The notes below the pieces were generated by a model. That model saw only the letters and a program-made list of their open reading frames with translations, was not told where the DNA came from and did not search any database. The position numbers were made by a program, and so were the translations under genes. Shown here one piece after another: positions 30,608 to 38,688 of a stretch of 38,688 nt of DNA; position 1 is the first letter of the stretch; each line of letters starts with the position of its first letter. Source of the stretch: a virus (lineage: Duplodnaviria; Caudoviricetes); IMG/VR virus record IMGVR_UViG_3300034020_000605, positions 1 through 38,688 of that record, one strand, 5' to 3'.

Positions 30608-30887
30608 TTTTCACCTCCTTCTCCGGTTCTGTTCCGGCCGCAGCCCCTGCGGCCGGCTTCACTCCCGCCCGCCTCTCTTCCCTCTCCGCCCTTCTCATCT
30701 CCCTTCTCTCCGCCGTGATCCCCCTTGCGATCTCCAGCGCCTCCTCCCGTGTTTCCGCCGTCGCCACCGTAATCAACGGCGCCGAGCCCCGCTCCCGCAG
30801 CAGCTCCTCCATCCGCACCGCCACCTCATCCGCACACACCAGCGGATACTTATCCCTCTCCCCCTCACTCAACACCCTGTAGCCCAT
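30600..30887 (-). CDS. Hypothetical protein
   Basis: AAGGAG then ATG 30887; overlaps the downstream start. Confidence 0.6.
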   Translation of the reverse strand: MGYRVLSEGERDKYPLVCADEVAVRMEELLRERGSAPLITVATAETREEALEIARGITAERREMRRAEREERRAGVKPAAGAAAGTEPEKEVKNG

Positions 30888-30941
30888 ACACAATCTCCTT
30901 TCCCGTTCTGTGTTGCGCGTTCACGCGCCTGATCATTCATG

Positions 30942-32165
30942 TTAGCAACTCGACACACTCACGCACTCAGAGCACGGCGTCTCATCATCAAACAGGTGAT
31001 CCTGTATCGAGCCGTCCTTAAGTATCTCTTCAAACGGCAGGTCCGCTCTACCCTCGTCACCGCTCCATCCGTTCGGCCACGTGTTTGCTTCGATCATCCC
31101 TTCAATGGCCTTTCGCTCTTCAGCGTCGATAAGAAGGTAATCGGGATCTCCGTTAGGTTTGTTGGCGTTGATTTCATCTTGTATCTCGATCACCCGGGCC
31201 ATTCCCATGCGACGAGCGTCCATGGTTAGCGGCCCCTTGCGATTCGGATTCTTCACAAGCTGTCCGTTAGCGTAGAATTCCGCCTTCTGTTTGCGGATAC
31301 GATTTCGAGGTAGCCGCATCTCTTCGTACAACGGCCGGAGTTTCATAAGCGGGGCAAGGTACTGCCATCTTTCTTCTTTCAACAAAAGTTCCAGCGAGGC
31401 GTCGCGGCTGGCAACCGGGCACCCAACACATCCAGTGCGCGCGTTCTCCTCTTCGGCTTCATCGCCTCCGTAACTGTCGGCGACGCGCTCGGTCGGGAAT
31501 CCTCCCATGGGTGCCCACTGCCTAAGCCACTTCCAGACGTGGCACACACGCCAGTGCAAGATCGGGGCCAGCGTATCAGCCACTGCCTCAGGAGTCGCCT
31601 GCTGGAACCAGCCCTGTCCGCATTCTGCCCCGTCCTTTCCGCAACTCAGCGCGATTCTAGCGTCACGCGCCGCGCTCTCACCGACGCGGACACCGGTCAA
31701 ACACAAGAACTTCTTACCGTTCTTCTCTCGCAGTTCCTTCAGCGCCTGCATCATCGGATTGACCTTAATCTTTCCGGTACACCACCTGAAACGTGCTCCG
31801 GGTGTAGGCACTCCACGGCCAAACATGTAAACCATAAATCGGTCCTCCATTTTCGGAAGCACCACGTCACACTGATATCCCTTTGAACGCAGCACGTCCA
31901 TGACGCCCATCGCCGCATTACGAAGGGGCGGCAACTCCATTCGCGTGTCTGCATACAAAAAGCGGAGCGACTTTGGCCGCTGGACCTTCCCGCTCTCGAT
32001 CAGTTGCGGCACCAGCGTCGCCACGCAACTGGAATCCTTGCCACCCGAATAGCACACCACCCAGTCGTCAAACAGCGTTCCAAACGTGTTTAGAGACTCA
32101 ATCGTCTTCTCAATCCCTGAAGTCATCGTCTGCCGATAACCTTCAAACAATGTCGGTTGTTCCAT
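30942..32165 (-). CDS. PAPS-reductase-family (PP-loop) protein, DndC-like
   Basis: YSGGKDS, ADTRMELP, RWCT, GVRVGESAAR, APILHW, RTGCVGCP; composition differs from its neighbours. Confidence 0.85.
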   Translation of the reverse strand: MEQPTLFEGYRQTMTSGIEKTIESLNTFGTLFDDWVVCYSGGKDSSCVATLVPQLIESGKVQRPKSLRFLYADTRMELPPLRNAAMGVMDVLRSKGYQCDVVLPKMEDRFMVYMFGRGVPTPGARFRWCTGKIKVNPMMQALKELREKNGKKFLCLTGVRVGESAARDARIALSCGKDGAECGQGWFQQATPEAVADTLAPILHWRVCHVWKWLRQWAPMGGFPTERVADSYGGDEAEEENARTGCVGCPVASRDASLELLLKEERWQYLAPLMKLRPLYEEMRLPRNRIRKQKAEFYANGQLVKNPNRKGPLTMDARRMGMARVIEIQDEINANKPNGDPDYLLIDAEERKAIEGMIEANTWPNGWSGDEGRADLPFEEILKDGSIQDHLFDDETPCSECVSVSSC

Positions 32166-32228
32166 AGTGATCTCCCATTTCAGCATTTCAGCATTTCAGT
32201 TTTCAGCTTTTCTCTCTCTCTTCCCCCT

Positions 32229-33638
32229 CTACTCCCTCTCCGCATCCCTCAGCGGGTCATCATCCCGCATCGGCCGATACTCATCATCCGCCAGGTCAAA
32301 CGTAAAGTAATGCGGCTTCATCAGCAGCTTCACCGTCCCCAGGCCCCCGTCCTGGTTCTTCTTCACCATCAGCTTAATCGGCCGCTTCTTATCCTTGATC
32401 GCCTCCTCATCCCCCTCCTTCTGCCACGTCCGCACCTGCTTCAGATCCCGGTGCAGAAACATCACAATCGCCGCATCCTGCTCCAGGCTCCCCGAGTCCC
32501 GCAGATCATCCAGCTCCGGCTCCCGTTCCTGTTGCCCCGGTTCACACCGCCGCAACTGCGACAGCAGCAACACCGGCACCCCCAGCTCCTGCGCCAGCGA
32601 CTTAAAAAAGCTCGTCACCCGCGTCACGATCTGCCGCATGTCATGCCGTTCACTCCCCGCATACGTCACCAGTTGGCAGTGATCCACCGTGATCAGACTC
32701 AGCTTCCCCTGCGCCTTCAAGTGCCTCGCCCGCATCGCCATCATCTCCATCCGCGTCGTCCGCGTACAGAAGTGCATCGGCAGCGCCCCCAGCCCCTTCG
32801 CCGCCGCCTCCATCGCATCGAGCTGATCATGCCGCGCAAACCCAAACTTCAGCTTCGGCATACTCACCCCGCCATCCCGGCACAGATCCCTGGGCAGCAC
32901 CCGCTCCGCGCCCATATCCATCAGCATCGACAGCGTATGAAACCCATGCGCCGCCACACACGTCCTGATCTCCCCCTCCATTGCAGTCTTCCCCACGCTC
33001 GGCCGCGCCGCCAGCACCACCAGATCATTCGGCAGCCCCCCCAGCATCTTCGTCAGCCGCCACCACGGCATAGGCACCCCGATCTCCACCTTCTTCCCCG
33101 CCACCCGGTCCACGGCCGCCTGCCTCCACTTCTTCACCTGGTCATCCAGCACCTTCTCCACACTCAGTTCCTGCGCCACCTCATTATCATCCAGCACCGC
33201 CCGCATCTGCTCCGCCGTCTCACTCGCCACCATCTCCGGGTCCGTCGTATCCAGTTGCGCCGCCAGACTTGAAAACGCCTTCTTAATCTGCGCCGCCATA
33301 TATTCCCGCCGCAGTATCGCCGCATAATACTCCGCATGCGACGCACTCGGGCACGCATCCACACACCGCTCCATCTCCCCCGGCGCCGCGGCCAGCGCCA
33401 CGGGGTCCAGCTCCTCCGCCCGCTTCATCCGGTCCAGCACCGTCAGCTCATCAATCGCCGCATTCTCCTGCGTCATCACCAGCAACAGCTCCGCCAGCTC
33501 CCGCCGCGTCCGATCCCCGCGCCACCACGCCCCCCGCACCTTCAGCCGTTGCAGCACCATCCCCACCCGCATGGGATCCATCAGCCAGGCCCCGATCAGC
33601 GCCCGCTCCGCCGCCTCCGTCTCAACCTTGTCGATCAT
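32229..33638 (-). CDS. dnaB: Replicative DNA helicase DnaB-like
   Basis: EAAERALIGA N-domain, AARPSVGKT, ITVDHCQL, LLSQLRR, DLRDSGSLEQDA, KNQDGGLG. Confidence 0.95.
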   Translation of the reverse strand: MIDKVETEAAERALIGAWLMDPMRVGMVLQRLKVRGAWWRGDRTRRELAELLLVMTQENAAIDELTVLDRMKRAEELDPVALAAAPGEMERCVDACPSASHAEYYAAILRREYMAAQIKKAFSSLAAQLDTTDPEMVASETAEQMRAVLDDNEVAQELSVEKVLDDQVKKWRQAAVDRVAGKKVEIGVPMPWWRLTKMLGGLPNDLVVLAARPSVGKTAMEGEIRTCVAAHGFHTLSMLMDMGAERVLPRDLCRDGGVSMPKLKFGFARHDQLDAMEAAAKGLGALPMHFCTRTTRMEMMAMRARHLKAQGKLSLITVDHCQLVTYAGSERHDMRQIVTRVTSFFKSLAQELGVPVLLLSQLRRCEPGQQEREPELDDLRDSGSLEQDAAIVMFLHRDLKQVRTWQKEGDEEAIKDKKRPIKLMVKKNQDGGLGTVKLLMKPHYFTFDLADDEYRPMRDDDPLRDAERE

Positions 33639-33667
33639 AGTCAGCCCCTTTATTACCGCGCGGCGCG

Positions 33668-35038
33668 TTATCGCGCCGGCATATCCATCACCGATCCGCA
33701 AAGCGCCTCCGCTGGCTCCACCGCCACCGCATTCCCGATCTGCTTCACCTGCTCCGTCTTCGTCCCGGTAAACACATACCCCGCAAAACCCATCGCCGCC
33801 GCCAGCTCATGCGGTTGCAGCATCCGGAAGCGGATATCCATTCCCTGCGGCTGCACCAGCGCAAACCGATCCTTCGATGTCACCGTATCAAGCGGCTCAT
33901 TCACCGGCCGCGCCCCGGCGCCCGATCCGTAATACTTCGTCAGAAACGGCTCACACAGTCCAAATGCCCCGCCCTTCGCCGTCGTGATCGTCGGCAGCGC
34001 CTCCCCGACCGACCGCAGCGCGTTCCGGTTGCTATGCTCCATCGGCACCACAAACGGCTCGCACAGCGCAAACTCGCCGCGGTGCCCGGCCGGTATCGTT
34101 CCCAGCGGCGCATCGCAACTGCCCACCCGGTCGCCGCCAGCGTGGGCCACATTCAGCACAAACGGCTCACACAGCGCCGCATGTATCCCGCCCGCGCTCA
34201 CGGTCCCCAGCGGCTCATCCATCCCCTTGGCCCACGCCCCGACCTGCGCCTCGTTCGTTCCCCGCAGCACCGCGATAAACGCCTCTCCGCCAAACTTCCT
34301 CAGCCCCGCCTCGATCCGCGCCAGCGTCTTAGGCTTCAGCGGACGCGCGCGGTTAAAGATGCTCGGACTCTTAATGCTCCAGTCGATCACCTCCCGCGCC
34401 GCCTTCCACTTCGCCTTGTCGCCCTCGGCCTGCTTCGCGTGCGTTGCCTCCGGCCATTGGATCACCCCCCGCCGCGAGGCCCGCACAAACAGCCTCCGCC
34501 GCACAGTGGCCGATCCATAATCCGCCGCATTCACCTCCCGCCACTCCACCGTGTAGCCCAGGCTCTCCAGCGCACCGACCCAGCCCCGAAACGTCTGCCC
34601 ACGCTTCGCCCGGTCCGGCCTGCCATCCGCCCCCAGCGGACCCCAGTGCTGAAACTCCCGCACGTTCTCCACCAGCAGCTCATCCACTTCCAGCCTCTCC
34701 AGCCAATGCAGCACGTGCCAGGCGCTGGCCCGGCTCTGCTCGCTGCACGGCTTGCCACCCCGCGCATTGCTGTGGTGCGTGCACTCCGGCGACGCCACCA
34801 GCAGATCCAGATGCCCGCCCGGAACAAGCCGGTTAGGCGACGCCTCCACACTCCCCAGGTCCGCGCACACATGTTGCGCCCACGGATGGTTTCGCGTATG
34901 CGTCGCCACCGCCGTCGCCCAATGGTTCACCGCCACCAGATTCATCCTGATCCCGCGCCGTTTGGCCGCCTGCACGCATCCCGTGCTAGTCCCGCCAGCC
35001 CCGCAAAACAAATCCGCCGTTTCAAACTTACCATTCAC
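33668..35038 (-). CDS. DNA (cytosine-5)-methyltransferase
   Basis: DLFCGAGG (I), ASPEC (IV), VENV (VI), RRRLF (VIII), RMLQPHELAAAMGF (IX), KQIGNAV (X). Confidence 0.95.
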   Translation of the reverse strand: MNGKFETADLFCGAGGTSTGCVQAAKRRGIRMNLVAVNHWATAVATHTRNHPWAQHVCADLGSVEASPNRLVPGGHLDLLVASPECTHHSNARGGKPCSEQSRASAWHVLHWLERLEVDELLVENVREFQHWGPLGADGRPDRAKRGQTFRGWVGALESLGYTVEWREVNAADYGSATVRRRLFVRASRRGVIQWPEATHAKQAEGDKAKWKAAREVIDWSIKSPSIFNRARPLKPKTLARIEAGLRKFGGEAFIAVLRGTNEAQVGAWAKGMDEPLGTVSAGGIHAALCEPFVLNVAHAGGDRVGSCDAPLGTIPAGHRGEFALCEPFVVPMEHSNRNALRSVGEALPTITTAKGGAFGLCEPFLTKYYGSGAGARPVNEPLDTVTSKDRFALVQPQGMDIRFRMLQPHELAAAMGFAGYVFTGTKTEQVKQIGNAVAVEPAEALCGSVMDMPAR

Positions 35039-35065
35039 AAAATCACCCCTGTTTCCATCTCCGCA

Positions 35066-35398
35066 TCAGCGAGCGCAGCGAAGCGAGCGCGCCGGCTCCT
35101 CCGCCACCACCGTCAGCCCGATCGCCAGCGCCAGCGCCCGTTCCGCCACCGCCCCCGGCGACCGCTCCCACCCCTCCAGCATCACCACCGTCGCACTCTC
35201 CGGCGCATCCAGCAACACCTCCAGGCACTGCCGGAGATACCACCGATACTCCCTCCCTTGCGGCAACAGCGCCGGGTTCCACACCTTCCGTCCCGGCCAC
35301 CGATGCCGCGCCCGGTTCGTCGCCATCGCAAACACCGCCCGATACCCCACATCCCCCGAGATCGCCCCACTCAAAATCACATCATATCGTTCACGCAT
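35066..35398 (-). CDS. DUF4406-like protein
   Basis: ILSGAISG...F...WNPA...Y...CL...LEGWERSPGAVAE pattern. Confidence 0.75.
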   Translation of the reverse strand: MRERYDVILSGAISGDVGYRAVFAMATNRARHRWPGRKVWNPALLPQGREYRWYLRQCLEVLLDAPESATVVMLEGWERSPGAVAERALALAIGLTVVAEEPARSLRCAR

Positions 35399-35448
35399 AC
35401 GCTTTTTCCCCTCTCATTACCGCGCGGCGCGTTATCGCGCCGTCCCCA

Positions 35449-35814
35449 TCAATCCTCACGTGCTCCGACACACCTGCGCCTCGACATCATCAACTCGCTC
35501 CACGGCGATCGCGTCTCCGGCTGATCAGCACCCCCAAACTCCGGCGTCGAGTAAAACGTCGTTCCCCGGTGTTCCGTCACTCCGGCCAGTGTCCCCGGCT
35601 TCCTCCGTGCGCGATACATCCCATCCGAGCACACCTGCAACCGCCCATCCTCCACCAGCCGATTCAAGATCACATCCAGATTCCCCCTCCGATCCCGGGT
35701 CTTCCCCATGATCTTCCGCGCCCGTTCCATCAGCTCCTCCCCCGACGCCGCTCCCCCCATCTCCTCCAGCGCCCCCATCATCACCCCGCCATGTTCTCCG
35801 CCATCTCCCCTCAT
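35449..35814 (-). CDS. Hypothetical protein, possible winged helix
   Basis: ATG 35814 after GGAG; LNRLVEDGRLQV...GMY resembles a wHTH wing. Confidence 0.5.
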   Translation of the reverse strand: MRGDGGEHGGVMMGALEEMGGAASGEELMERARKIMGKTRDRRGNLDVILNRLVEDGRLQVCSDGMYRARRKPGTLAGVTEHRGTTFYSTPEFGGADQPETRSPWSELMMSRRRCVGARED

Positions 35815-35840
35815 ACTCCACCCCATTCTGTTTAGCGCAT

Positions 35841-36167
35841 TCACGCGCCTTGTTTCACATTTCCAGCGTCAGCGAGCGCAGCGAAGCTAGCGCCCTTCAT
35901 CCCATCTCCCCTCAGCGTCTTCCGCCACAAGTGCGGCTTGTCGATCTCATACCGATCCGCGCAACCGGCCAGAAGCGCGGTCTGCTGCGTGCCTCGGCCC
36001 GTTGCCAGCAACTTTCCGCACCGCCCGCCACGGGCCTGATAGACGGCATATCTGTCAGCCATTACGTTATGCGTCACGAATCGGCACACCTTGCTGTGCG
36101 TTCCCTCGGTCACGATTGCCGCACGCACGGTTACAGCCGATATGTTCTTCCACTGGCGGGCGATCAC
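35841..36167 (-). CDS. Hypothetical protein
   Basis: GTG start after GGAGG; reads through motif B at its 3' end. Confidence 0.5.
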   Translation of the reverse strand: MIARQWKNISAVTVRAAIVTEGTHSKVCRFVTHNVMADRYAVYQARGGRCGKLLATGRGTQQTALLAGCADRYEIDKPHLWRKTLRGDGMKGASFAALADAGNVKQGA

Positions 36168-36232
36168 TTTCTCACCTCCACGGCCGCCCCGTCGGCCAGT
36201 CCATCCAGTTTAGCGATGTGGTGTTTAGTCAT
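36164..36232 (-). CDS. 22-aa micro-ORF coupled at both ends
   Basis: MTKHHIAKLDGLADGAAVEVRK; ATGA overlap upstream, GTGA overlap downstream. Confidence 0.4.
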   Translation of the reverse strand: MTKHHIAKLDGLADGAAVEVRK

Positions 36233-36756
36233 TCCCGGTCTCCTGTGATTGCTCTGCGGATCTGCACGGCATCAATGCCCCGCGCAAAGTTGGCTATCCG
36301 CGCCAATTCCTCGTCATCTATTTCCGCTTCTGGAGTCGGGTCCTCTTCGGCGTGTGTTGGAAAAATCGCGTTCACATGCAGAAACGCTCGGTAACACGAC
36401 ATCATCTGTAGTTTCATGTCGCGCAGATACAGGTCATAGCGCAGTTTAAACTCCTCCCGTTCCGCAACCGTGCATTCCACGCCCACCCAGCCCGGCCGCT
36501 TTTTGCTACTGAAACTCGTGCGCCTCCAGAACATCGTCGCGCAAAGTTGATAAAACAGCTTCTTCTCGTACATTCCGGGGCGCATCTTGAACCACTCCAG
36601 CCGCCGGCTTTCATCGTCGATGTCAGCCAGGGTCAACCCGTTTTTCTCCAGCAATCGTTTCAGTGCGTCCTCTGCGTTCACCGCCTCTCCGCCGACGCCC
36701 TTGCGGGCCAGCCCCAAGAGCTTTTCCAGTTTGGTCTTCACAGTGTCAGTCATCAT
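36229..36756 (-). CDS. DUF2786-like protein
   Basis: KLEKLLGLA...GEAVNA...LLEKNGL N-terminal pattern. Confidence 0.7.
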   Translation of the reverse strand: MMTDTVKTKLEKLLGLARKGVGGEAVNAEDALKRLLEKNGLTLADIDDESRRLEWFKMRPGMYEKKLFYQLCATMFWRRTSFSSKKRPGWVGVECTVAEREEFKLRYDLYLRDMKLQMMSCYRAFLHVNAIFPTHAEEDPTPEAEIDDEELARIANFARGIDAVQIRRAITGDRE

Positions 36757-37157
36757 AGTTTCACGCTCCAGAAGATCACGATTCCGTCGAACGGTAGGCC
36801 GTGCTCGGTTTCGAACCAGTCGCGCATCTCCTCCCAGCAGCTAAAACCATCGGCGCGGGCAAAGTCGTAGCGGGCATTGTAGCCGAGTGGGTCTATGCCG
36901 AGGTATTCTGCGCCGATGGTTAGACTGTATGGATTGATCGTGATCGGTGCCACGTCGCTGATGATTTCTTCTCGCAGTATCCGCTGCGGGCTGTGGTAGG
37001 GGCGGCCGGTCCAGGTCCGCAGGCTGATCAGATCGCCCGGGCGTGGCATTCTCTTCGGGGTGGGCCGGACCGTTTGCGCTTTGGTGCCGGATTCTACGGC
37101 TGGCGCGAATTGCGGTTTGAACATGCGAACGAATCGTCTTGGCTTCGTTGTGCTCAT
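36753..37157 (-). CDS. ASCH/PUA-like domain protein
   Basis: MFKPQFAPAVESGTKAQTVR (GxKxxxxR), PGDLISL, FARADGF. Confidence 0.8.
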   Translation of the reverse strand: MSTTKPRRFVRMFKPQFAPAVESGTKAQTVRPTPKRMPRPGDLISLRTWTGRPYHSPQRILREEIISDVAPITINPYSLTIGAEYLGIDPLGYNARYDFARADGFSCWEEMRDWFETEHGLPFDGIVIFWSVKL

Positions 37158-37182
37158 GGCGTGATTCCTTTCGTTGCCTCAC

Positions 37183-38076
37183 TCACTCGATCGTCCCGTC
37201 AAAATCCGGGCACAGCCTCTCGCCCGTAAACTCCCCGGCATCCCGGGCCGCCTGAAGCGCCTCCTTCGGCGACCTCTTCCTGTTGGCCTTATCCCTCGCC
37301 TCGTTCTTCAGCCAGGTATCCCTGAAAAACCGCTTCGTAAACTTGCGCCCCTTCGCCGCCACCCACTGCTCGGCCAAGACCGCCTCGGTCCGCACATCCA
37401 CCCCCAGCGGACCATACACCCCCACCATCTCCTCGACGAACGCGGGATCCACCATCGTCGTCACCCTCACCAGCACCGTCTCTTTCTTCTCTCCCTCATG
37501 CTCACCAGCACTAGAGTCTTCTACGATAGTAGAAGAGATAGAAGACGCGCCCGCGCGCGTAGTAACAGTTTCTGTGTTGCGTCTGTGCGCGTTCTGTGTT
37601 GCGTCTGTGTTCGTTCTGTGTTCGTTCTGTGTTGCGTCTGTGCGCGTTCTGTGTTCGGTCCCCCTCCTTTCCCGCATCCTTTCGGCGTTCTTTTCGTTCC
37701 GTTCCCGCTGCTTCACCAGCCTCCTGCAGACCACCCGTGCCGGCGTCATTTCCGTAGGCTTAAACTCCCCCCACTGGGCGAAGGTTTCCGACACCACCGG
37801 CACCATCACCCCGCCGATCATCACCTCCACATCCGCTATCTTTTTCGACCCCAGCCCCTGCAACATCTTCCAGCACGTTTCCAGCGTCTCTCCATACCCC
37901 ATCAGCACCGACAGCGGACCCGTCCAGTCCCCCAGAATCGGAGCCTCGGAGCACTCCCCGATCACATCAATCCACATCCCCTTTTCGGCCTTCGTCAGCT
38001 TGGCCGTATCCATCTGCCAGTCCCTCCAGAACCACGTCGTAGAAGGGTTATTCTCATTCCTCACTCCCGTACTCAT
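37183..38076 (-). CDS. Phage replication initiator (lambda O / YdaU-like architecture)
   Basis: WFWRDW...LTKAEKGMWID N-terminus, basic coiled segment, internal repeat linker, helical C-domain ending DTWLKNE; DnaB downstream. Confidence 0.7.
   Translation of the reverse strand: MSTGVRNENNPSTTWFWRDWQMDTAKLTKAEKGMWIDVIGECSEAPILGDWTGPLSVLMGYGETLETCWKMLQGLGSKKIADVEVMIGGVMVPVVSETFAQWGEFKPTEMTPARVVCRRLVKQRERNEKNAERMRERRGTEHRTRTDATQNEHRTNTDATQNAHRRNTETVTTRAGASSISSTIVEDSSAGEHEGEKKETVLVRVTTMVDPAFVEEMVGVYGPLGVDVRTEAVLAEQWVAAKGRKFTKRFFRDTWLKNEARDKANRKRSPKEALQAARDAGEFTGERLCPDFDGTIE
37517..37657. repeat. Putative replication origin: eight 11-bp-period iterons plus inverted repeat
   Basis: TCTGTG at 37571, 37582, 37593, 37604, 37615, 37626, 37637, 37648; TCTTCTAC-GATA-GTAGAAGA at 37517-37536. 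Confidence 0.75.
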
Positions 38077-38625
38077 CTACCACCTCCCGAAGCTGCGGGG
38101 CAACGGCCCCACCATCCGATACAGATACTGCGACCGCTCCACCGGAACCGCCCGCAGCTCCATTCCTTTTACGAAATTGACATTGCTCCCCACGATCACC
38201 CGACACGCGAAGCCATACGGCATCCCGCTATCCGACAGCATCCCCGCCATCACGATCCTGTCATTCAGCGCCGGACGCATCACCACCAGCCTCTGGCACC
38301 CCTGCACGCCCTCCCCAGGCGGCCCCATCTCCGCGCTCGCCAGCGCGTCCTCAAGCGTCGTCCGCCCCTCCAGATCCGCGCCCCCTCTTTTTTTTGTAGG
38401 CAGCTCCACGCCCACCTCGCGCATCACCGCCAGCGCCCCTTCCCGCGTATACGCCACCCGCCCGTGGTCATACCACCACAGACCCTTATCAAGCCGCGCC
38501 CTCCCTTTGTGGAGCCGCCCCCTGTTGATTCCGATGGCCCGTGCCAGGGCATCCTCCTCATACATCGTCCGGCCGTCTTTTTTTGGCTCAAACAGCCCTT
38601 GAGCCTCTGTCACTCTCTTAGCCAT
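38077..38625 (-). CDS. Hypothetical protein with N-terminal HTH-like segment
   Basis: ATG after AGGGGGT; EDALARAIGINRGRL; abuts the initiator gene. Confidence 0.65.
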   Translation of the reverse strand: MAKRVTEAQGLFEPKKDGRTMYEEDALARAIGINRGRLHKGRARLDKGLWWYDHGRVAYTREGALAVMREVGVELPTKKRGGADLEGRTTLEDALASAEMGPPGEGVQGCQRLVVMRPALNDRIVMAGMLSDSGMPYGFACRVIVGSNVNFVKGMELRAVPVERSQYLYRMVGPLPRSFGRW

Positions 38626-38688
38626 ACCACCCCCTACCGATTTGTGGGCTGGACCGCGCGCGCGCCCCCCGGGCCGCCCCCCCCCCCA

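Larger units (their letters stand above)
33652..35442. repeat. 27-bp perfect direct repeat, motif C (33652-33678, 35416-35442), with hairpin GGCGCG-TTAT-CGCGCC
   Basis: ATTACCGCGCGGCGCGTTATCGCGCCG at both positions, bracketing the methyltransferase and DUF4406-like genes. Confidence 0.9.

Noticed and set aside
30942-32165. Complete Dnd phosphorothioation or sulfate-assimilation pathway
   Set aside because: Only one PAPS-reductase-family gene; no dndA/B/D/E, ssp or cys partners recognised.
38380-38400. Programmed -1 frameshift at the A tract
   Set aside because: The zero frame already runs to a stop abutting the next gene; no convincing stimulatory structure or tail-chaperone context.

Overview
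The window is almost entirely one temperate tailed-phage genome (podovirus-like inventory), with every credible gene on the minus strand. In transcription order (right to left): replication initiator with internal iterons; small accessory genes (ASCH-like, DUF2786-like, DUF4406-like); C5 cytosine methyltransferase; DnaB helicase; PAPS-reductase/DndC-like protein; Xis-like HTH; DUF5131-type radical SAM; terminase; scaffold; major capsid; a signal-peptide-bearing capsid-adjacent protein; portal; adaptor; a BspA-type LRR protein with a repeat stalk; holin-like and lipobox-containing genes; a collagen-like (G-P-T) fibre with a GT2-TPR-GT2 glycosyltransferase two genes downstream; two probable ejection proteins (one a 2632-aa polyvalent protein); a leaderless moron; an apparently intact attP (3' half of tRNA-Lys(UUU), arm repeats, terminator); and the start of a probable integrase. 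Best candidates for new biology: (1) a phage-encoded collagen-fibre glycosylation module resembling spore BclA/SgtA loci; (2) an ADP-ribosyltransferase-like domain sitting as an in-frame cassette between 47-bp direct repeats inside the giant protein; (3) several morphogenesis-region proteins with Sec-type signal peptides; (4) a small vocabulary of repeated motifs at many gene junctions; (5) extreme C depletion on the coding strand that reverses in one island. All family calls come from motifs recognised by eye; no database searches were run. The host is unknown (a PVC-superphylum bacterium is only a weak guess from repeat style and TN-rich proteins).
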